Program-made: the position numbers and the translations under genes
The notes under the pieces: model-generated
Told to the model about the DNA's origin: nothing
The model's input: only the letters and a program-made list of their open reading frames with translations
Database searches by the model: none
Shown: one piece after another, positions 55,741-64,000 of the stretch
Position numbering within the stretch: position 1 is the first letter of the stretch
Layout: each line of letters opens with the position of its first letter
DNA from: Terriglobia bacterium
Lineage (GTDB): Bacteria; Acidobacteriota; Terriglobia; 20CM-2-55-15
Direction: 5' to 3'
DNA length: 64,000 nucleotides
Assembly: GCA_036496425.1 (NCBI GenBank)
Contig: DASXLG010000068.1
Span: 350-64,349, forward strand

Positions 55741-57783
55741 ATGAGCATCCCTGCCTCGGAATATCAGGCTCTGCTTGAGGTCTCCGAATCCATCACCCTT
55801 CATAGCGATCTGCCGGCGCTGTTCCACGATCTGTTCCAGCGGCTGCCGCGACTGGTGAGCTTCGATTCGCTTTCGCTTATCCTTCACAATCCCGAACGCA
55901 ATACCATGCGCGTTCATATCGTCGAGATGGAAGGGAGTGCCCGGGTCGACGTGGTGGAGCGGATGGTCGCAGATTCTCCCAGCGGCTTTGCCTGGGAGAC
56001 CCAGCAGCCGCTCGTGGTGGCGGATACGGGACAGGACGAGCGCTTCCCCGAAGCCATGGCGAGCTTCCGTTCGGCTGGAATCAAGTCCTTCTGCATTTTG
56101 CCGCTGACGACGGCGCATCGCCGTCTCGGCAGTCTCGCTTTCGGAAATAAACGCCACGACGCCTACGGAAAAGCCGATCTCGAATTCTTCCGCCTGGTCG
56201 CGCGGCAGGTGGCTGTCGCCGTCGACAACGCGCTCAGCCAGTCGGAAACGCAGCGCTACCAGCAGGAGCTTGCCCAGGAACGAAACCGCCTCCGGCTATT
56301 ACTTGAACTGAACAACAATGTGATTTCGAACCTCGAATTGCGGCCGCTGCTGAGGGCCATATCCAACGGCGTACGCGGCGTGAGGCATTGCGACTACACC
56401 AGCGTGACCATCCCGGAACCCGGCGGGCAGCAGGTGCGCGTGTATGCCCGGAACTTCTCGGAGGTGGAACGCTCGCAGCAGGAAATTGTGCTGCAGGCAA
56501 AAAACAGCCTCTCGGCCGAGGTCATGCAGACGGGCGAGCCGCTTCTTCTGGATCGCGCGGGACTGGCCAGATCGGAATCGCCGAACAATCAACTGCTCGA
56601 AATCGGACTTCGTTCGGTCTGCTTCCTGCCTCTGATCAGCTGCCGGCGGGTTGTCGGAACGCTCAATATAGGAAGCACACAGGACGATGCGTTCGACGAA
56701 TCGGATCTGGATTTCCTGAAACAGGCAGCGGCGCAAATCGCGCTCGCAATCGACAATGCGTTGAGCTACTCGCAAGTCGACGAGGCACGCCAGCACCTCG
56801 CCGTAGAGCGGGTTTATCTCAATGAAGAAATCCAGTCGACGCATAATTTCGAAGAGATCATCGGCGAGAGCGCGCCGCTCAAGGCGGTTCTGGAGAACGT
56901 GAAGACTGTCGGACCGACGGATTCGACGGTGCTTGTGCTCGGTGAAACCGGAACCGGAAAAGAATTGATCGCGCGCGCGATTCACAGCATCAGTTCGCGC
57001 TCCGAACGCACCTTCGTCAAGGTCAACTGCGCCGCAATTCCGCTCGGCCTGCTGGAAAGCGAATTGTTCGGACATGAGAAGGGCGCATTTACGGGCGCCA
57101 TCTCACAGAAGATCGGCCGCTTTGAGCTGGCGCACGAAGGGACGCTGTTTCTGGATGAGATCGGAGACATCCCTCTCGAACTTCAACCGAAATTGCTGCG
57201 CGTTCTTCAGGAGCAGGAGTTCGAACGCCTCGGCAGCACCAGGACAATCCGCATCCATGTCCGGCTGATTGCCGCCACCAGTCAGGATCTGCCGGCAATG
57301 GTTGCGAATCGCTCGTTCCGAAGCGATCTGTACTATCGCCTCAATGTTTTCCCCGTAACGCTGCCGCCGCTGCGCGAGCGGGCCGGGGACGTGGCGCTTC
57401 TGGTCCGCTATTTCGTGGACAAGTATGCGCGACAGATGAACAAGCCTATCGACACCATCTCGCCGGAAACTATGGAAGCGCTGACGCGCTATCACTGGCC
57501 GGGCAATGCGCGCGAACTCCAGAACTTCATCGAACGGGCCGTGATCCTCACGCGCGGTCGAACGCTCACGCCTCCGCTCGGAGAATTGAATCAGCGGATC
57601 GAAAGCTCAGGCGCACGACTGGGGACACTGGCGGAAGGCGAACGCGATCACATCCTCAGAGCGCTCGTCGAAGCGAATTGGGTGCTGGGAGGACCGGGCG
57701 GCGCCGCCGAACGGCTTGGCCTGAAGCGGACTACCTTGTTTTACAAGATGCGGAGGCTCGGGATTACGCGGCCGGGGGGGTAG
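55741..57783 (+). CDS. sigma-54-dependent transcriptional activator with two N-terminal GAF domains
   Basis: Walker A GETGTGKE, GAFTGA (HEKGAFTGA), and a C-terminal Fis-type HTH, AAERLGLKRTTLFYKMRRLGI. Confidence 0.9.
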   Translation: MSIPASEYQALLEVSESITLHSDLPALFHDLFQRLPRLVSFDSLSLILHNPERNTMRVHIVEMEGSARVDVVERMVADSPSGFAWETQQPLVVADTGQDERFPEAMASFRSAGIKSFCILPLTTAHRRLGSLAFGNKRHDAYGKADLEFFRLVARQVAVAVDNALSQSETQRYQQELAQERNRLRLLLELNNNVISNLELRPLLRAISNGVRGVRHCDYTSVTIPEPGGQQVRVYARNFSEVERSQQEIVLQAKNSLSAEVMQTGEPLLLDRAGLARSESPNNQLLEIGLRSVCFLPLISCRRVVGTLNIGSTQDDAFDESDLDFLKQAAAQIALAIDNALSYSQVDEARQHLAVERVYLNEEIQSTHNFEEIIGESAPLKAVLENVKTVGPTDSTVLVLGETGTGKELIARAIHSISSRSERTFVKVNCAAIPLGLLESELFGHEKGAFTGAISQKIGRFELAHEGTLFLDEIGDIPLELQPKLLRVLQEQEFERLGSTRTIRIHVRLIAATSQDLPAMVANRSFRSDLYYRLNVFPVTLPPLRERAGDVALLVRYFVDKYARQMNKPIDTISPETMEALTRYHWPGNARELQNFIERAVILTRGRTLTPPLGELNQRIESSGARLGTLAEGERDHILRALVEANWVLGGPGGAAERLGLKRTTLFYKMRRLGITRPGG

Positions 57784-57898
57784 TGTCCTACCTCACACGC
57801 CATGTTGAACCGTCATTTCTTAGACGCGACGTCTACCAATTGACGTCAATCGTTTAACCCTAAAACTTTAAACTGTAGATTGTTAAACATTTAACAAT

Positions 57899-57914
57899 TG
57901 GCCTTTACATTGCC
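57899..57914 (+). promoter_or_regulatory. sigma-54 (-24/-12) promoter of the RND operon
   Basis: TGGCCTTTACATTGCC has GG (57900-57901), then 10 nt, then GC (57912-57913), against the consensus TGGCAC-N5-TTGCW. It lies 14 nt upstream of the ATG at 57928 and 115 nt downstream of the activator gene. Confidence 0.7.
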
Positions 57915-57927
57915 AAGTGGAGGCCAA

Positions 57928-60900
57928 ATGTGGATTGTTCGAATTGCGCTGAGCCGGCCCTACACGTTCGTCGTGATGGCGCTGTTGTTGTTGATCATCG
58001 GACCGCTGGTCATTTCCCGCACCCCGAAGGACATTTTTCCGAACATTGATATCCCGGTCATTACGGCGATCTGGCAGTACAACGGATTAAACCCGGAAGA
58101 GATGACCAACCGCATCGTCTCGAACTACGAGCGCACGCTCACGACGGTGGTCAACGACATCGAACATATTGAGTCGCAAACGCTTAACGGGATTTCGATC
58201 GTAAAAGTGTTTTTCCATCCCGGAGCGCAGGTCGATCTGGCAATGGCTCAGATCACATCCGCCTCCCAGTCCGCAGTGCGTTCGGCTCCGCCGGGGGCGG
58301 CCCCGCCATTCATCATTGTTTATAACGCGTCCACCGTTCCCATTCTGCAGCTTTCGATGTCCGGAAAGAATATGTCCGAACAGCAGCTTTCGGATATCGG
58401 CCAGAACTTCTTACGTACCCAGCTGGCGACGATTCAAGGCGCGTCGCTGCCGAATCCTTATGGAGGCAGACAGCGTCAGATCCAGGTCGACCTGGATCTG
58501 CAGGCGATGCAGGAAAAAGGGCTGGATGCAACCGCGATCGTGAATGCACTGGGTGATCAGAATCTGGTGTTGCCGGCGGGTACGGCGAAGATCGGAAATT
58601 TCGAGTACGACGTGGACCTGAACAGCAGTCCGCGCACGGTGGAAGAATTGAACGACCTTCCGATCAAGACGATCGGCAATTCGACGATCTATCTTCGCGA
58701 TGTCGGGCACGTCCGGGATGGTTTCCCGCCGCAGCGCAACATTGTTCGAGTGGATGGCCAGCGTTCCTCTCTGCTGACAGTGGTAAAAACAGGATCGGCA
58801 TCGACACTCGACATCATCGAAGGAGTCAAACGCGAACTGGCGCGAGGAGCAAGCGCTCTGCCGGCCGGCCTCGAAATCCGGCCACTGGCCGATCAGTCGG
58901 TGTTTGTGCGGGCGGCGATTCAGGGTGTATTGCGGGAAGCCATCATTGCCGCGTGCCTGACCAGCATCATGATCCTGATATTTCTAGGCAGCTGGCGCAG
59001 CACTCTGATCATCGGGATATCGATTCCGCTGTCGATTTTGACGTCGATCATCGTTTTGAGCGCGCTCGGCCAGACGATCAACATCATGACGCTGGGCGGC
59101 CTGGCGCTGGCCGTCGGCATCCTGGTCGACGACGCGACGGTGGAAATCGAAAACATCGATCGAAATCTCGCGGAAGGTAAAGAAACCGTGGTCGCGATTC
59201 TGGACGGCGCGCGGCAGATCGCGGTGCCGGCGTTTGTTTCGACGCTCTCGATCTGTATCGTTTTCGTTCCGATGTTCTTCCTTACCGGCGTCGCCCGTTA
59301 CCTGTTCGTGCCTCTCGCGGAAGCGGTCGTTTTCGCGATGATAGCTTCTTATCTTCTGTCGCGCACGCTGGTGCCGACAATGGCGAAGTACCTGTTGAAA
59401 GGGCATGCAGCGCACGGTCACGCGCCAAAACGAAGCCTCAATCCCTTTGTGCTGGTGCAGAACGCGTTTGAGAAAGTGTTTGAACGGCTTCGTAACGCCT
59501 ATCGCAGCGCGCTCGAGAGCTGCATCGAACACCGCAACATCTTCGCTTTCTGTTTTATCATCGCGTGTTTTGCTTCGTTCGCGCTGCTTCCGTGGGTGGG
59601 GGAGGATTTCTTTCCGGCCGTAGACAGCGGCCAGCTTAAGCTGCATCTCCGGGCGCCGACCGGAACCCGAATCGAGGAAACGGCGGCGCTGTGCGACCGC
59701 GTTGACGAGGTTATTCGACGGGCGATTCCCGGACGAGAGCTCGGTTCCGTCATCGACAACATCGGGCTCCCGAACAGCGGTCTCAATCTTTCTTACAGCA
59801 TTTCCGCGCCGATCGGCAGCGAAGACGCCGACATCCTTGTTTCACTGAACGAAAATCACCGGCCGACCGAGGAATACGTCCACGACCTGCGTGAGAAGTT
59901 GAACGATGCTTTTCCGGGTGTGATGTTTTATTTTTTGCCGGCCGACATCGTGAGCCAGATTCTGAATTTCGGCCTTCCGGCGCCGATCGATATCCAGGTC
60001 GTCGGAGCGAACGTCAATGCAAACCGTGAATTCGCCGCTCAGCTGCTGGCAAAAGTGCGGCAGGTTCCGGGGACTACGGATCTCCGGATCCAGCAGCCTT
60101 TCAATCATCCCAAGTTTCACGTGATCGTTGATCGCACGAAAGCCGGCCGCGGTGGATTTACCGAGCGTGATGTCGCCAGCAGTCTGCTGGTCTCGTTGAG
60201 CGGAAGCGGCCAGACCGTTCCAACCTATTGGCTGGATCCCCGGAACGGCGTGCAATATTCGATGGCGAGCCAGACTCCTCAATATCAACTGGATTCGTTG
60301 GAGAGTCTGAACAAGATTCCAGTCCTCGCCGCAAAAGGTCAGGGGCCCGCGGTCATTCTGGGAGACCTCGCGTCGATCAGCCGCGATGCCGGGATGGGTG
60401 TGGTTTCGCACTATAACGTCCAACCCGTCATCGACATCTACGGCTCCGTGCAGCGGCGTGATCTGGGGTCGGTTTCGCAGGAATTGATGCCGATCGTGGA
60501 CGCCAGCCGCAAAGATCTTCCGCGTGGCTCACAGCTGGTCGTTCGCGGACAGATCGAAACCATGAAAAGCTCCTTTGCCGGCCTGCTTGGCGGATTGCTG
60601 CTGGCCATCGTGCTGGACTATTTCCTGATCGTCGTGAACTTCCAGTCGTGGCTGGACCCCTTCATCATCATCGCCGCATTGCCCGCAGCGCTGGCCGGCA
60701 TCGTCTGGATGCTTTTCATGACGCACACGACACTGAGCGTGCCTGCCTTGACGGGCTCCATCATGTGCATGGGCGTTGCCACGGCGAACAGTATTCTGGT
60801 GGTCAGCTTCGCGAAGGATCGGATGGCCGCCGGTACCAGCGGAGTGGCCGCCGCGCTGGAAGCGGGTTTTACCCGATTCCGGCCGGTAATAATGACGGCT

Positions 60901-61104
60901 CTTGCGATGATCATTGGAATGGTACCGATGGCCCTTGGGCTCGGCGAAGGCGGCGAGCAGAACGCGCCTCTGGGCCGCGCCGTCATCGGAGGATTGATGT
61001 TCGCCACTGTCGCCACACTTTTCTTTGTGCCGGCAATCTTCAGCCTTTTTCATAAACGATCGACAGCCGTACTTGCGCCTGAGCAGGAAAGCAATCTGGA
61101 GTAA
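57928..61104 (+). CDS. RND efflux transporter permease (AcrB/HAE family)
   Basis: About 1058 aa with 12-TM RND topology. MWIVRIALSRPYTFVVMALLLLIIG is the family's N-terminus. ATG 57928 lies behind GGAGG. The ORF-track TTG at 57898 would overlap the promoter. Confidence 0.9.
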   Translation: MWIVRIALSRPYTFVVMALLLLIIGPLVISRTPKDIFPNIDIPVITAIWQYNGLNPEEMTNRIVSNYERTLTTVVNDIEHIESQTLNGISIVKVFFHPGAQVDLAMAQITSASQSAVRSAPPGAAPPFIIVYNASTVPILQLSMSGKNMSEQQLSDIGQNFLRTQLATIQGASLPNPYGGRQRQIQVDLDLQAMQEKGLDATAIVNALGDQNLVLPAGTAKIGNFEYDVDLNSSPRTVEELNDLPIKTIGNSTIYLRDVGHVRDGFPPQRNIVRVDGQRSSLLTVVKTGSASTLDIIEGVKRELARGASALPAGLEIRPLADQSVFVRAAIQGVLREAIIAACLTSIMILIFLGSWRSTLIIGISIPLSILTSIIVLSALGQTINIMTLGGLALAVGILVDDATVEIENIDRNLAEGKETVVAILDGARQIAVPAFVSTLSICIVFVPMFFLTGVARYLFVPLAEAVVFAMIASYLLSRTLVPTMAKYLLKGHAAHGHAPKRSLNPFVLVQNAFEKVFERLRNAYRSALESCIEHRNIFAFCFIIACFASFALLPWVGEDFFPAVDSGQLKLHLRAPTGTRIEETAALCDRVDEVIRRAIPGRELGSVIDNIGLPNSGLNLSYSISAPIGSEDADILVSLNENHRPTEEYVHDLREKLNDAFPGVMFYFLPADIVSQILNFGLPAPIDIQVVGANVNANREFAAQLLAKVRQVPGTTDLRIQQPFNHPKFHVIVDRTKAGRGGFTERDVASSLLVSLSGSGQTVPTYWLDPRNGVQYSMASQTPQYQLDSLESLNKIPVLAAKGQGPAVILGDLASISRDAGMGVVSHYNVQPVIDIYGSVQRRDLGSVSQELMPIVDASRKDLPRGSQLVVRGQIETMKSSFAGLLGGLLLAIVLDYFLIVVNFQSWLDPFIIIAALPAALAGIVWMLFMTHTTLSVPALTGSIMCMGVATANSILVVSFAKDRMAAGTSGVAAALEAGFTRFRPVIMTALAMIIGMVPMALGLGEGGEQNAPLGRAVIGGLMFATVATLFFVPAIFSLFHKRSTAVLAPEQESNLE

Positions 61105-61109
61105 ATCGA

Positions 61110-62240
61110 ATGATACGGAACGCCCTCATCACCATCCTCGCGCTGACAGTTGTCGGCGGTGTCGTCTACTCCGGAATCGCGCCGCGATTGAGAGCCGACG
61201 ACGAACTCCGGACGGAGACAACGAGGCTCGCGGCTCGAACCGTGACTGTGATTGAGCCGAAGCGCGGCACACTCACGCAGGAAATCACGTTGCCGGCGAA
61301 CATTCAGCCCTATACGGATGCGCCCATCTACGCACGCACCGACGGTTATCTCAAACACTGGTATGCCGATATCGGAGCCCACGTCAAAGCCGGGCAGCTT
61401 CTGGCAGAAATCGATACGCCGGAAATCGATCATCAGGTCGCGCAGGCGAGGGCCGATTTTGCCACCGCTCAAACGAACATGCATCTCTCCGATATCACCT
61501 CCGCCCGTTTACAGGATCTGATCAAAACAGACGCCGTCTCGAAGCAGGAAGTGGACAATGCCGTCAGCGATTTCCAGGCAAAGAAATCGATGACTGAGTC
61601 GGCTCGGGCCGCCCTGAAACGGCTGGAAGAAACGCAATCCTTTGAGAAGATCTTCGCCCCGTTCGACGGCGTCATAACAGCACGCAGCACCGATATCGGG
61701 GCCCTCATCACGAGCGGAAGTTCCACAACGAAGGAACTCTTCCACATCACCGCGACCGATCGCATGCGCGTCTATGTGAACGTTCCGGAAGCCTATTCGC
61801 AGGCCGCCAAGCCCGGCCTCGTTGCCGACCTGACGCTGCAGGAATTTCCGGGAAGAAAGTTCAGGGCCGCATTCACGACGACATCGGAAGCGATTGATCC
61901 TGCTTCCCACACACTGCTGGTTCAGTTCGATGTGCCGAATCCTGCAGGTGAGTTGCTTCCCGGATCGTACGCGGAGATTCATTTGAAACTCGCATCATCG
62001 GCGTCGACTTTCATTCTGCCGATCAATGCGCTGCTTTTCCGGTCGGAAGGTATCCGAGTCGCTATTGTCAAGGATGGCAATCGGGCGGAACTTGCGCGGG
62101 TAACGCTCGGCCGGGACTTCGGGAACGAAGTCGAAGTCGTCGCCGGATTGAAAGGCGACGAAGTTCTGATCGTGAATCCGCCGGATTCACTGGTTTCCGG
62201 AGAGTCCGTTCGCATCATGCAATCGGACAAGGACAAATAA
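61110..62240 (+). CDS. RND efflux periplasmic adaptor (MFP)
   Basis: N-terminal anchor, GQLLAEIDTPEIDHQVAQARADFATAQ coiled-coil hairpin, and beta-barrel motifs. It is encoded after the pump gene rather than before it. Confidence 0.85.
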   Translation: MIRNALITILALTVVGGVVYSGIAPRLRADDELRTETTRLAARTVTVIEPKRGTLTQEITLPANIQPYTDAPIYARTDGYLKHWYADIGAHVKAGQLLAEIDTPEIDHQVAQARADFATAQTNMHLSDITSARLQDLIKTDAVSKQEVDNAVSDFQAKKSMTESARAALKRLEETQSFEKIFAPFDGVITARSTDIGALITSGSSTTKELFHITATDRMRVYVNVPEAYSQAAKPGLVADLTLQEFPGRKFRAAFTTTSEAIDPASHTLLVQFDVPNPAGELLPGSYAEIHLKLASSASTFILPINALLFRSEGIRVAIVKDGNRAELARVTLGRDFGNEVEVVAGLKGDEVLIVNPPDSLVSGESVRIMQSDKDK

Positions 62241-62253
62241 TGAAGGTCTCGAG

Positions 62254-62538
62254 GTGTCTATGCTGAGAATCATCGTAGAACGCAACTCGAAGACAGCAAC
62301 AATGAGGCTCGTGGGGAAGCTTGCGGGCCCGTGGCTCGAGGAACTCGATCGGACCTGGGCGGACATTCACAGCGGCGGCGCCGGAGATGGAGTTCTGCTG
62401 GATCTATCGGATGTGACGTTCGTTGCGCCGGAAGCACGGGAACGGCTGGAGTCTATGTATCGGCAGGGAGCGCGCTTTAAGACATCCAGCTGCTGCGGGA
62501 AAAGCATTGTCGAAGAAATCATGCGTTCCCAGGCTTGA
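62254..62538 (+). CDS. small STAS-like domain protein
   Basis: 94 aa. ATMRLVGKLAGPWLEELDRTW....VLLDLSDVTFVAPEA resembles an anti-sigma antagonist/STAS fold. This is a weak call. Confidence 0.4.
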   Translation: MSMLRIIVERNSKTATMRLVGKLAGPWLEELDRTWADIHSGGAGDGVLLDLSDVTFVAPEARERLESMYRQGARFKTSSCCGKSIVEEIMRSQA

Positions 62539-62577
62539 GCAGAAGTAACCACAAGACCCGCGCAAGCCGTTCGGGGC

Positions 62578-62811
62578 TTATGTGGTTTTTGTGGTTACTT
62601 CTTCCTTCTTTTCTTCTTTTTTCTCTTCCTTCTTTTCTTCCTTCGCCTGCGGCTCCGCTTTGGCCGGCTCGTTCATCTCATTCATCGCACCTTTGAAGTC
62701 GCGGATGGCTTTGCCTAATCCGCTACCCAGTTCCGGCAGCTTTTTAGGCCCGAAAATCAGAAGCGCAATAACCCCGATGATAATCAGCTCGGGAAGCCCT
62801 AGTGAACCCAT
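62578..62811 (-). CDS. tatA: twin-arginine translocase subunit TatA/E
   Basis: MGSLGLPELIIIGVIALLIFGPKKLPELGSGLGKAIRDFK, followed by a Lys/Glu-rich tail. Confidence 0.9.
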   Translation of the reverse strand: MGSLGLPELIIIGVIALLIFGPKKLPELGSGLGKAIRDFKGAMNEMNEPAKAEPQAKEEKKEEKKEEKKEEVTTKTT

Positions 62812-62845
62812 ATGATCTCCTTCAGGAGACCTACACTATCACAGG

Positions 62846-63151
62846 TCACATGTTGTGTCGCGGCGGATGCTTGGGCCGTTCCAGACCTTGGAGCGGCAGG
62901 GGATCCGTCTCCGGCGGCGTTCGGGGAACGCCCCCCTGCTCTTCGGCATCGGTCTGGGCATAATAGTCCTTCATCGTACGCTCGAAATCGCTTCGTTCCG
63001 GGCTGTCCTCATCGATGGCCCGCATCATCCGGTCCGGCGTCTGGTCCGGAGCTTCGGTGCTGACCGGCTGGCTGGCGGCTTCAAGGATCCGTTCAGCAGC
63101 CTCATGCGGTGGAACAGGTTTATTTTTGAAAGCTTTACGTCTGCGAGGCAT
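62846..63151 (-). CDS. hypothetical protein (charged, Pro-rich)
   Basis: 101-aa ORF with no recognisable motif. Whether it is coding is uncertain. Confidence 0.35.
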   Translation of the reverse strand: MPRRRKAFKNKPVPPHEAAERILEAASQPVSTEAPDQTPDRMMRAIDEDSPERSDFERTMKDYYAQTDAEEQGGVPRTPPETDPLPLQGLERPKHPPRHNM

Positions 63152-63177
63152 ATTTCCTCCCTATAGCTTTCGACGTT

Positions 63178-64000
63178 TTACAAAACCGCAGGTATGATTT
63201 CTTTTCCGTAAATTTCGAGGGTTTTCTCTTCCTCGCCACACATCAAATAAATATTGAACTGAGTGACCCCGGCGGATTTCAGTTCCCGTAACTTCTGCAC
63301 GTGCTCGGCAACCGAACCGACAATACAGAAGCGGTCGACGACCTCATCGGTTACGAACTCGGCATTGCTGCTGCCTACTTCCGCATGGTGCAGGTAGTTG
63401 TATCCTCTGCGATCCTGAACATACCCGGTCAGCTCGGGCGGTAACTCTTCCGGCTTATAGCGAGACACCAGATCAACGACGTGATTCGACACCAGAGCAG
63501 GAAACCAGCGCACGCGCTCCCGCGCGATTTTCTTGTCTGCGGAGACCCAGACGGCGGTTGCGCTCATCACCCGGATCTTTGAAAAATCGCGGCCCGCTTC
63601 CTGCGCTCCTTCTTTCACAAAGCCCAGGCACCACTTGATGAGATGGGGATCGGCAAACTGGAGAATGACGCCGTCGCCGACGCGGCCGGCGCAGCGCAGT
63701 GCTTTCGGTCCGTAACCCGCGACCCAGATTGGAGGCACGCCTTTGTCCGCCCAGGGCATCTGAATCGGATGGCCTTCGTACGTAATCTGTTTGCCGCTGT
63801 TCAGATCCCGGATGACCCGGACGGCCTCTTCGAGATTCTCGAGAGTTGTCGGCTTCTTTCCCATAACGCGCCGGGAACTATCGCCGCGGCCGATGCCGCA
63901 GTCCATCCGGCCGTTGGAGATCTGGTTGATGGTCGCCAGCAGGCTGGCCGTAACGGTTGGATCCCGGACGACAGGATTCGTGACGCAGGTTCCAAGCCTC
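63178..64000 (-). CDS. LLM-class (luciferase-like, probably F420-dependent) oxidoreductase; N-terminus beyond window edge
   Basis: The in-frame sequence upstream of the ORF-track Met reads ..LATINQISNGRMDCGIGRGDS, the typical LLM motif, so the gene continues past position 64000. It ends ..EKTLEIYGKEIIPAVL. Confidence 0.7.
   Translation of the reverse strand, partial: RLGTCVTNPVVRDPTVTASLLATINQISNGRMDCGIGRGDSSRRVMGKKPTTLENLEEAVRVIRDLNSGKQITYEGHPIQMPWADKGVPPIWVAGYGPKALRCAGRVGDGVILQFADPHLIKWCLGFVKEGAQEAGRDFSKIRVMSATAVWVSADKKIARERVRWFPALVSNHVVDLVSRYKPEELPPELTGYVQDRRGYNYLHHAEVGSSNAEFVTDEVVDRFCIVGSVAEHVQKLRELKSAGVTQFNIYLMCGEEEKTLEIYGKEIIPAVL

Overview
This is a 64-kb high-GC bacterial chromosomal window. 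The gene content suggests an Acidobacteria genome of the Solibacter/Bryobacter type, but that is inference only. The relevant genes are an intact TIGR03435-type gene plus a remnant, a CarboxypepD_reg-type TonB-dependent receptor, a DUF1592/DUF1552 pair, many Tat/Sec-secreted enzymes and a Tes-like radical SAM enzyme. I can support about 60 protein genes, 2 tRNA-Arg genes, one TPP riboswitch and one sigma-54 promoter. Housekeeping content includes thiC, Fe-S carriers, folB, trxB, ilvE, ilvA, clpS, rnhA and tatA. The most unusual part is 24.3-32.8 kb. It holds a patch of gene remnants (an LVIVD-like 3' end, TIGR03435, ankyrin). It also holds an AT-richer two-gene cassette: a 38-aa acidic peptide translationally coupled to a 230-aa Cys-rich protein. 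Two spacer-less tandem arrays (10 x 41 bp at 27596-28010 and 10 x 40 bp at 32198-32597) bracket a four-gene secreted-enzyme operon there. The window is also rich in long palindromic REP/MITE-like intergenic elements from at least four sequence families. One family (7961-8040 and 30955-31020) keeps the same stem-loop architecture in both copies. I saw no transposase, integrase, CRISPR-Cas or recognisable defence system. All functional calls come from motif recognition by eye, and no searches were run.
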